This document shows, piece after piece, positions 53,388 through 64,000 of a stretch of DNA of 64,000 bases. The notes beneath the pieces are model-generated. The model made no database searches, was not told the DNA's origin, and was given only the letters and a program-made list of their open reading frames with translations. Origin of the DNA: Eledone cirrhosa. Its lineage: Eukaryota. The stretch covers positions 45,012,001-45,076,000 of the forward strand of contig OZ024744.1 in the NCBI GenBank assembly GCA_964016885.1, given 5' to 3'. The translations under genes and the position numbers were made by a program. The first letter of the stretch is position 1. Each line of letters begins with the position of its first letter.

Positions 53388-53479
<92 letters not shown>

Positions 53480-53499
53480 TATAGTTTTAATATAGATGA

Positions 53500-53585
53500 G
53501 ATTCTACAGGACTGTTTCATTCTTTAGAAATCATCAGGAATCTGATGATTTCTAAAGAATGAAACAGTTCTAGTCCTATAGAATC
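53500..53585. ncRNA. Two back-to-back divergent hammerhead motifs
   Basis: Minus 53500-53542: GATTC CTGATGA...GAAA CAG tc CTG TA GAATC. Plus 53542-53585 has the core but has lost its 5' stem I strand and has a stem III mismatch. Confidence 0.75.
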
Positions 53586-53860
53586 TCATCTATATTAAAA
53601 CTGTTATACTCTGCTATGTATTGAGTACTTTACTTACTGTGGTTACCTCCGATTCAACCCGGAATAACGTATATGAATATATATATATATATATATACAC
53701 ACACACTAATATTCACACACACTAATATTCACACACACATATATACAAAAAGTTACATCACCACGATAATAAAAATACACACAGACATATAAACACACAC
53801 ATATATATACATATATATATATACATACATATACATACAGATATAAATAATTATATACAC

Positions 53861-53891
<31 letters not shown>

Positions 53892-54044
53892 CATATATAC
53901 ACATATACACGATACATACATACACACAGAAATAAATATCTATAAATAAAAAAGGTGGGTATGTAAAGGGTAAGGTAGAAAGTAGGGAGGAATAAGGAAA
54001 ATAAATAACATAGGAAAAAGTTTATATATATCTGTATGTATATG

Positions 54045-54145
<101 letters not shown>

Positions 54146-54219
54146 TTATATGTGAGTGTGTGTATTTTCATTATCGTGGTGATGTAACTTTTTGTATATA
54201 TGTGTCTGTGTGTATATTA

Positions 54220-54273
<54 letters not shown>

Positions 54274-54599
54274 GCCGTCGAAACAGGTTGAGCTCTGCCG
54301 TCGGGGTCATACTTTTTCCTATATATATATATTGGTCTCTCTCTCCACTGAACTGGAGGTAAAACTACAATTATACCATTACTAATAATGATTATAATTA
54401 TTTATTTATTAAATGTATATCGTTTCATTAATACCTATAATACTCTCTCTATATAGTTGTACACATATGTCTATCTAGTATAATAGCATGCTCGTAGTTA
54501 CATTTATAAATAATTTAGATACTCTAATGACTCTATAAATGTCAGATATTCCCTGGATGATCGAAATTACATAATGATTATTACTTAATTTATTATAAT

Positions 54600-55400
54600 T
54601 TAATTTATTTTAATTAAATTTAGATTACCTTCGGCTTTTTCAAGTCTTTAGCTCCTCTTTCTATCACATTCGCTGGACATTTTAGAAGTATCTTTTGTCT
54701 ACTATATATTAAAACCCTCTTACATTTTAAACTATATTTTTTTTATATTGGGCATTTTTACGTTTCGCAAACAATTTATTATTTTTCACTTTTTATTTTG
54801 TATCTAGCCCTTATCCTTAGGACTTATATATTTATAATATATATGAACTAAATGATCCTTTTACAATAATTGATATAAACATTAATTTTTAACAATATTT
54901 TCAGTAACTTATTTACTATTGTATTATTGTATTATGTTATGTATATTTGAAAGGTATCACCTTAAGGCTTTAGACAATATAATCCTTGTATATTTTTTTG
55001 ATTAACACCTATATGTAATTTAATATTCAGACCTCTTTAAGTTTAATTATAAGGCCTGTTGATCCTTTAGGCACTCAAATTGTTAATCATAAATTCTTTA
55101 ATAATTATACCTGTAATTATTTTATAAATTATATTATATTAAACTGTTGTCAATATTATAAATAATTTTGGTAAAATTTACTTTCGTGAGGTTGTAAAAA
55201 CATTGTTTTCTTTCTCGTGTTTGTAAATCCTTTAAATTTGATTTCATAAAATTTGAATTTTAGAAATTAAACTTGATAGAATACTTTAATATTAATACAG
55301 ATACCTATTAACTCTTAAAACCTAAAATATTATTCATTACTCTGATCTAACTTAAATTAAATATGTTGAATATTAACGGTCAACCAAATAAGTTTAGATA
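54600..55400 (+). pseudogene. Possible highly decayed PLE ORF N-terminal region
   Basis: Manual translation near 54622 gives DYLRLFQVFSSSFYHIRWTF, resembling YEKLLINSVNSFINRVRWRTF of the intact element. FIKFEF near 55245 resembles FIQFDI. A same-strand HHR follows at 55766. Confidence 0.35.
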
Positions 55401-55765
55401 TATATTGTATATATGGATAATTGTCCATAAACTTGAACATAAATTATTCCCCTTTGTCTCTCTCTGTAATCAACTCTCTTCTGTCTTTCGAGGCACCTAC
55501 TAACTATATTATCCCATCAGCTGTTTCTTCCTCTATGCTTTCCTTTCTTTCCTCTTTCTTCAGTAATTAAAATTTGTTTAACAGTTATATTGATGCCATG
55601 TATTTTTTAAGCTGTCTCACACTCACACTCTCTATTGTATGTATTATATATTTTCCTTATGTTCTCAATATGAAGGTATATAAATATTGAGTTTTGTCAT
55701 ATATTACTCACTACCATGACTGAATCTTAACCATCTACTATGTCAGGGTATGTTATGCATCATAT

Positions 55766-55832
55766 TATTTTATCTGATGAGGACGTACTGTTGAACTTAA
55801 CTCAGTAACTCTGAAATATGTATAATAAAATA
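55766..55832 (+). ncRNA. Type I hammerhead ribozyme motif
   Basis: TATTTTAT CTGATGA ggacgTACTG...CAGTAactct GAAA TATGTA TA ATAAAATA. Confidence 0.8.
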
Positions 55833-55872
55833 TACTTGATCTCAAGAATATCTATTTTGTTAATATTTTGAA

Positions 55873-55941
<69 letters not shown>

Positions 55942-56249
55942 ATGGTTGTGTGTGTGTGTATGTATATATGTCTATGTATATGCATAATTACATACAGAGT
56001 GATTTAATGTTTATTTTCATTGATTATTTGCTCCAGTAACTTGTTGAGTGCTCTAAATCAGCTATAAACATTTATACCTTTATCTATTTAATTATTTATT
56101 TATTATTTGTCGTATTCCCAACTATTTGTTTACCCCTTCCACCTTTTTATTTATATATATATATATTGGCTTCTTACTCACATCAAATTCTCTATTTTCA
56201 TTTATATATATATATATATAGTTATGTAATAAACAACATAAGGTAATTA

Positions 56250-56310
56250 TTTCCTTTACCAGTAGTTTCTTGAAAGCAAACAAATTTTGCTTTCAATCAT
56301 CAGAATGAAA
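56250..56310 (-). ncRNA. Type I hammerhead ribozyme motif (paralog of 38969-39029)
   Basis: Minus strand: TTTCATT CTGATGA tTGAAAGCAAA atttg TTTGCTTTCAa GAAA CT act GG TA AAGGAAA. Confidence 0.78.
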
Positions 56311-56759
56311 ATATCCTGGTGTATTTATTGACATTGGATTTTATAAACAAAAATATAATCTATATGAAAGTGAGGCTGGTAAAGGAAGAAGGAAAGGAAA
56401 AATAAACACACATGCACACACACACACACACACATATATACATACACACACGCATATACATATACACATACATATACAAATATTTAAATATATATATGTA
56501 TATATATACATATATATACATACATACACACACACACACATATATACACGTACAAATACACATACATATACATATACATACATACACACATATATATCCA
56601 CATATCCATACATACACATACGCACAAATACACACATGTATATATATATATATATGTGTGTGTGTGTATATGTGTGTGTGTAGGAGGTGAGTTTTATTTT
56701 AGCACAATAAAGCAATGCAAATATCGGATAAGTAGGACTGGAGTATAAATAATATAAGA

Positions 56760-58529
56760 TCAAAAGATATTAGTAAATCCATCTTGGATAGAACTATCCC
56801 ACAGGTTCGTTCTAATTGCTCTATTTCTAACTTAAATTTATGGTTTGGTACATCTGAAGTAATTGGCTGGTTCAACAACCTGAACAAGAAAAACAAACAA
56901 AAATTAATTCTATTTGATATTGCCAGCTACTATTCTTCTATTTTGCCTTCACTTCTCAACAATGCTCTATCTTTCGCTTTTACATATTCTGACATCACCA
57001 CAGATGAACTTCACATCATTCTCACCGCAAGAAAAAACATCTTAGGATTCAACAATGAATACTGGACTAGAGCTGATACCTCCAACAACTTTGATATCAC
57101 AATGGGTGCTTCCGATTCATCGCAATTGACTGATTTGATTTGTATTTTTATTTTGAAATCTTTAAATCGGAAAATTCCTCAACTTCGCGGTGGAATTTAT
57201 CGTGACGATGGACTTTTTACTATCTTAAATTGCAATTTAGTTAACCTTAATATTATTAAGAACAATATACGTGATCTCTTTAAGCAACATAACATTTAAA
57301 TCGAATTTGATAACGTCAAACTAGCTAACTTCTTGCATATATCCCTTAATCTTGACACTGGCCTATATTACCCTTACCATAAAAACAATGAGAATCTAAA
57401 TTATGTTAATTTTAAATCTAACCACCCCACTAACATTAAAAATGCTATAGTTAGTAATATTGGAAAAAGAATATCAAACCTATCCTCTAATAAAAATATC
57501 TTTGATGCTAACGCCAATTACTATAATAATGCGCTTTCTAAAGCCGGTTATCCTGATAAAATTAAATACAGTAAAGAAACCAATCCTAGAAGGTCTTACA
57601 GTAAAATAATTAATTATGATCATTCCAATAACTTAAATAAAAGACCTAGATACAAAAATATAATCTGGTATAATGCTCCTTTTTCTATTTCTATTAATAA
57701 TAATATTCCTAAACTTTAGGGCCTTAGATAAATGCTTCCCTCCCTCACATATCTATAGTAAAATATTTAACAAACATACAATAAAATTTTCCTATTCCAC
57801 CTCCTCCAACATCTCTAATATTATCTATAAACACAACAATAAAATATTAAATATTAAATCACTTCCTTCCAACACTGGGTGTCATAATAATAGCAGTAGT
57901 ACTCCCGACGTCATTGTTAACTCTAGGCTAGATTCTGCAAACTCAAATACGACGTCAAACGTAACTTTGTTGAATGTTCATAATACCAATCTAAATCAGG
58001 AAACTATTATTCCTATCGTAAATAACTTCTCCAATCCAATTCCTCCTATAAATAACACTAGGTCACTTGTTAATAACTCTGTTAATTTCTCTAATCGCAA
58101 TTGTAATTGCCCTGTTAAAACTAAATGTCCTCTCAATAACCATTGTCTTGAAAAAAACTTAGTCTATGAATGTAAGGTTATAACTGATACCAATTCCTTT
58201 ACCTATTTCGGTTCCACTTCCACCTCCTTCAAAGTGAGATTTTATAATTCAATTCGTCTTTTAGATACCAACTTAAAAGAACTAACACGGCACTCTCAGA
58301 ACTCATATGGTCTTTGAAAGACAAACATATTAACTATAACATCTCTTGGACGAAAGTTTGTTCTGCCTCTTCCTACTTGAATGCCTCCCTATCCAGAACG
58401 TGTAATCTTTGCCTATCTGAGAAATTTACCATTATATCTAATTTAGATTCTATAATAAATAGACGCACTGATTTATTTTCTCTCTGCTTGCATAAATTCC
58501 ACAGAACATTCCATAAAGTATACAGCTAA
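56760..58529 (+). pseudogene. Third PLE RT-GIY-YIG copy, 5'-truncated, with stops and frameshifts
   Basis: ILDRTIPQV, EVIGWF, FDIASYY, MGASDSSQLTDL, GGIYRDD, NCNCPVKTKCPLNNHCL, YFGSTSTSFKVRF and CNLCLSE across four ORF pieces. Confidence 0.92.
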
Positions 58530-59666
58530 TATCTAATACTTTGCTAGTTTAAAAACCTTTTTCTCAAAGCTTCTATATTTTTTTTTAAATATACCCATCT
58601 TTCTACCTTATTTCAATATTATTCATTATATATTATATAATACAAGTTACTCATTCTATATCATTCCTCTTTATCACTTTCCTTTCTTCCTCTTTTCTTT
58701 TCTCTTTTTAATTTCTAACCTCTAATCTGTAGTTTTTCTTCCTAACTACTTTTCAATTCTTATTATTACTCACCACAACACATCCACTCTTCCATCTTTC
58801 TTCATATCATTGGCCATAAAAATTATTATTATCTTTTAAATACATTATAGTATTACCTTTAATAGTCCTTCGTAAACATAAATATTTTTTGACGTTAGAT
58901 TTTTCTTCCTTAAGTTCCTTATCTCTTCCTTTCATGCTCGTTTGACTTTTACATATTAATATTACAATACATAAAAACAAACTTAAACCCTAACTAATTT
59001 CCTTTAATATATTATATTATTACCATTAGAAAATATTTCGTAAACATATATTTTGATGTTAAATATTTTCTTCCTTAAACATTCTTTTCTTCTTTGCTTT
59101 CTGCGCTCATTTTTAAACAAACTATTTACATATATTACGCACACATATTACATTACATTAAAACAAACTTAAACACTAACTAATTCCTCTAAATTCATAA
59201 CTCATCCACTCTTCTACTTCTTATCACATTATATCCTTAATAGCATTAATATTTTAATTTTAATAATACATATTAACAATTTCTTTTCCTCGCACATATT
59301 ATTAAACGCTTCAATATACAAACCTTAATTTAATATTATTCTTAAGCCCTTTTAATTTCAAATTCTTTTAAATTATCTATTTTCTTCCAACGGCTTTTTA
59401 GTTCCTCTCTGTGAGACAATATATATTTTTTTTCTCAGTTGTAAAGGCTATCACTCTCTCTCTCACCCATCTCTCCTCCTCTCTCATCCTTCCTTCTTAT
59501 ACTTTTCCCCCACCTTTCTTTACTCTCATCTCCTCCTCTTCCTTACCCTTTCCAACCCCCTCTCACTTTTTCCCAATATCACACATCAATCTTAAATTAT
59601 TTTTCATATGTTGATTTAAAACTTCCCTATTCACAAGTGTTTTTTAACCTTCATATCATGTATCCC

Positions 59667-59733
59667 TATTTTATCTGATGAAAACGCAGATATCATCACA
59701 TGATATTTGTTTTGAAATGCGCATAATAAAATA
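59667..59733 (+). ncRNA. Type I hammerhead ribozyme motif in the 3' pseudo-LTR of PLE 3
   Basis: TATTTTAT CTGATGA aaacGCAGATATCA tcaca TGATATTTGTttt GAAA T GCGC A TA ATAAAATA. Paralog of 45531. Confidence 0.88.
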
Positions 59734-59790
59734 CTTGGAACTCTTTTAACCATCTTTTGATCTTATATATATATTTCTATACCTTTCATT

Positions 59791-59822
<32 letters not shown>

Positions 59823-60245
59823 TACATATACACACACAATCATACATATATACACACGTACATACGCACACATACATACACACATATATACACGCATACA
59901 TACGCACACACAAATATTGATATATGTACACACGCCTACATACGCACACACACACAAAATATAATGGACGACCATATAGGCCGTCACATAAGAATAAAAA
60001 GTATTATAAAGTTGACAGCGATACAGGAGACAAATAAATGAACAAACACACGTGGTAAGCAATACACACAATTACACATACACATACATACATATAAATA
60101 AATACATACACACACAAACACATACATATACACACACACATATATATATAAATACAAAAGATGTATGTGTGTAAAACTCATTCTTAGATGTATTCATTGA
60201 ACCTTGTTTAACTCTTAAATAATATACACATATATACACTCACAC

Positions 60246-60273
<28 letters not shown>

Positions 60274-60280
<7 letters not shown>

Positions 60281-61428
60281 AAACACGAAATGTGTTTACA
60301 TTGCAACAGACAAAGTTAGCTATTAATGAAATAAACTAATAAAAGTGAATACAATTTGTCTGTCTCGATACAAGTCAATAAAGACAAGGTTATATTGGCA
60401 ACTGCCATGATTCCTGGACATATTTAAATTTCAAAATTCAAACCTGTTCTGTAGACGAATTTGAACCTCGAAACCCAAATAAGTTTCGCAATGGTGGAAT
60501 GTGAATTGAAAAATAAAGAGAATCGAAATGGAATAGAAATAAAAGAGTGAAATATCCAAATCATCTGTGCATATCAACAGGAATCCAATAAGATTAGTCT
60601 ATCACACATCAAAAATTTTGCAGGACTGACTACACGTGGGTAGGCAGGCCAAAACTAGCTATCCCACATTCACGGTGCTAGAAATAACAGCCGCTTATGC
60701 AGGATTAAGGATCAGCTCTTACAATAAAGGAGCTATACATTATATTATATTTTGAGAATAAACTCTCAGTCGTTTACAATAATTAAGCTCCAGGAAGGGG
60801 CTCTTCCGAGCAGTTAAATACATTTAAAGTATATGATAAACACGAAATGTGTTTACATTGCAACAGACAAAGTTAGCTATTAATGAAATAAACTAATAAA
60901 AGTGAATACAATTTGTCTGTCTCGATACAAGTCAATAAAAACAAGGTTATATTGGCAACTGCCATGATTCCTGGACATATTTAAATTTCAAAATTCAAAC
61001 CTGTTCTGTAGACGAATTTGAACCTCGAAACCCAAATAAGTTTCGCAATGGTGGAATGTGAATTGAAAAATAAAGAGAATCGAAATGGAATAGAAATAAA
61101 AGAGTGAAATATCCAAATCATCTGTGCATATCAACAGGAATCCAGTAAGATGTATTTAACTGCTCGGAAGAGCCCCTTCCTGGAGCTTAATTATTGTAAA
61201 CGACTGAGAGTTTATTCTCAAAATATAATATAATGTATAGCTCCTTTATTGTAAGAGCTGATCCTTAATCCTGCATAAGCGGCTGTTATTTCTAGCACCG
61301 TGAATGTGGGATAGCTAGTTTTGGCCTGCCTACCCACGTGTAGTCAGTCCTGCAAAATTTTTGATGTGTGATAGACTAATCTTACTGGATTCCTGTTGAT
61401 ATGCACAGATGATTTGGATATTTCACTC
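60274..61428. repeat. Direct plus inverted duplication (A-B-A-inverted B)
   Basis: 60274-60593 is repeated at 60831-61150 (offset 557). 61150-61428 is the reverse complement of 60545-60823. Confidence 0.9.
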
Positions 61429-61436
61429 AAAATATA

Positions 61437-61499
<63 letters not shown>

Positions 61500-61501
61500 G
61501 T

Positions 61502-61691
61502 TGGATGAATCTATATCCTGATTCTTTTTGAGTTGAATTTGAATTATTTTCCCACATCTTACGTTAACTATTTTTCCATTTTGACGTTATAGTCACTTGA
61601 CTATAACGTCAAAATGGAAAAATAGTTAACGTAAGATGTGGGAAAATAATTCAAACTCAATTCAAAAAGAATCAGGGCATAGATTCATCCA
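61502..61691. repeat. Palindrome with 94-bp arms and a 2-nt spacer
   Basis: Centre GACGTTATAGTCA-ct-TGACTATAACGTC. Related sequence at about 53000-53110. Confidence 0.92.
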
Positions 61692-61865
61692 CAGAATGTT
61701 GTGAAATCCAGGGAAAAATCAATAGAGCCATAACTCAGAATAAAATAGAGTTTAAAATACTCATCCTTCAATTTGGAAAAACTACAAATGCTCTGTATAG
61801 TCTTAAAAAGACTATTTCACGAAACTTTCAGTGGGGATCGGTCACGGTTGGAATCGTTCATTGTT

Positions 61866-62354
61866 ATATATATACAAGAAAATACATAAATATGATATAT
61901 ATATATAAAAATAAAAATAAAAAGTTGAAAGGGGTAAACAAATAGTTGGGAGTACGGCAAATAATAAATAAATAAATAAATAGATAAGGGTATAAATGTT
62001 TATAGCTGATTTAGAGAACTCAACAATTCCTGAAGCAATTAAACAATGAAAATAAGCATTAAATCACTCTCTATCTAATTATGCATATACATACACATAT
62101 AAATATATATATCTATACACACACAACCATACATACACACATATATACATACACATACATATACATATATATATATATTTACATATAGGAAAAAGTATGA
62201 CCTCGACGGCAGAGATCAAGCCGTTTCTGAGGCTATTATATATACACACACAAACATAATATATAAAAATACATATACACACACATATCTACAAAAAGTT
62301 ACGTCACCACCTTAATAAAAATACACACATATATATATACACACACACACACAC

Positions 62355-62389
<35 letters not shown>

Positions 62390-62718
62390 TACAACAGATA
62401 CATATAAAAATACAATTATATACAGACATACATATACATACAGATATATATAACTATATATACATATACGTATACATACATATATATATATATACATATA
62501 TACACATATACACAACACACACAGAGAAATAAATATCTAAAAATACCCACCTTTTTAATTTTAGATATTTATTTCTGTGTTGTGTATATGTGTATATATG
62601 TATATATATATATGTATGTATACGTATACGTATATATTGTTATATATATCTGTATGTATATGTATGTGTGTATATAATTGTATTTTTATATGTTTCTTCG
62701 TTTTTAATTGTGTGCATG

Positions 62719-62777
<59 letters not shown>

Positions 62778-63278
62778 TTATATGTGAGTGTGTATTTTTA
62801 TTAAGGTGGTGACGTAACTTTTTGTAGATATGTGTGTATATGTGTATTTTTATATATTATGTTTGTGTGTGTATATATAATAGCCTCAGAAACGGCTTGA
62901 TCTCTGCGTCGGGGTCATACTTTTTCCTATATGTATATATATATATATATGTATATGTATGTATGTGTATGTATATATGTGTGTGTGTATGTATGGTTGT
63001 GTGTGTGCGTGTGTGTGTGTGTGTGTGTGTGAGTATATATATATATTTATATGTGTATGTATATGCATAATTACATAGAGAGTGATTTAATGCTTATTTT
63101 CATTGATTATTTGCTCCAGGAATTGTTGAGTTCTCTAAATCAGCTATAAACATTTATACCCTTATCTATTTATTTATTTATTATTTGCCGTATTCCCAAC
63201 TATTTGTTAACCCCTTTCACCTTTTTATTTTTATTTTTATATATATATATAATATTTATGTATTTTCTTGTATATATA
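61866..63278. repeat. Large imperfect inverted repeat (~700-bp arms) of a microsatellite-rich dispersed module
   Basis: Arms meet near 62550 (AGAAATAAATATCTAAAA / TTTTAGATATTTATTTCT). Pieces of the same module occur at 53125-53390, 53700-54325 and 55935-56160. Confidence 0.85.
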
Positions 63279-63965
63279 TATATATATATATCCAAAATTG
63301 ATCAACATATATATAAATAAATATAAACATGAATATATATATTATATTTATTTATATATATGTTGATCAATTTCTAGTTATTATTAAATGTTCGCACCTA
63401 CAAAGTCTTTGAGCTTACTTTCCGGGCGATATGGCGCACGCCGTTCAGGCATGACACCCAGAATTTCGATTTAGATTGAATTCATTTAATTTATCTTAAT
63501 TTTGGATATAGATATATAAATACGGTTCCTTAATTGTAGAGCTATCTCTGTTGAAGAGAATTGACTGCTATTTCTAGTTGTCGAATACCTATTCATGCCA
63601 CTGAGACGAAGCCGCTGTGATGTGTAAAAACAACACGTGGTAGCGGCCAGTAAACATTTTGACTCGAAGTGTAAACATGGATTGCTGTATATTGTTCTTC
63701 CTTGTTGATAATCCAATAATATCCACTTTCTGTGACTTACCATCTGATTAATTGGTGAAATATATTTCTTTAATGAAATATATTCAGGGAAGATTAATCA
63801 TTAAAAGCTATCTATTTTTGAAGTTCTAGTTAACTGTATTTATTTGTTACCTACTAGCTATGCGTGGTTACACGTTTGTAAAAATTATCACTTGTGATTA
63901 TTCATGTTTATATTTATTTATATATATGTTGATCAATTTCTAGTTATTAGTTATTAGTTATTAGT

Positions 63966-64000
<35 letters not shown>

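Noticed and set aside
54520-54580. Hammerhead-like CTAATGA...GAAA
   Set aside because: Core is mutated and stems I and II do not pair convincingly.
63400-63743. Possible further GIY-YIG remnant on the minus strand (NRYSTT, RAPYRPESK)
   Set aside because: Similarity is too weak and fragmented to support by eye. A tBLASTn with the 819-aa ORF would decide.

Overview
AT-rich animal genomic DNA, inferred to be cephalopod (Octopus-like) from the SINE, the RTE element and the dense (TA)n/(CA)n tracts. No conventional host gene is supported. 1-29660 is a giant strand-biased ACC/AAC triplet array with 5.5-6.7 kb higher-order units. 31.1-36.0 kb holds Helitron ends, a roughly 108-copy 33-bp minisatellite and a PIF1-helicase pseudogene. 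36-64 kb is a nest of Penelope-like retroelements (PLEs) of Naiad type: one intact 819-aa RT+GIY-YIG ORF and two to four decayed copies. A 5'-truncated RTE LINE with a PHD-like finger inside its RT is inserted in one of them. Reading by eye I found 20 type-I hammerhead ribozyme (HHR) motifs on both strands, many in inverted or palindromic pairs, including non-canonical cores CCGAAGA and CAGAAGA. A second recurrent hairpin (RCTC...TTGAGY) sits at conserved distances between the ribozyme and the PLE start codon. All calls are manual; no database search or folding program was run.
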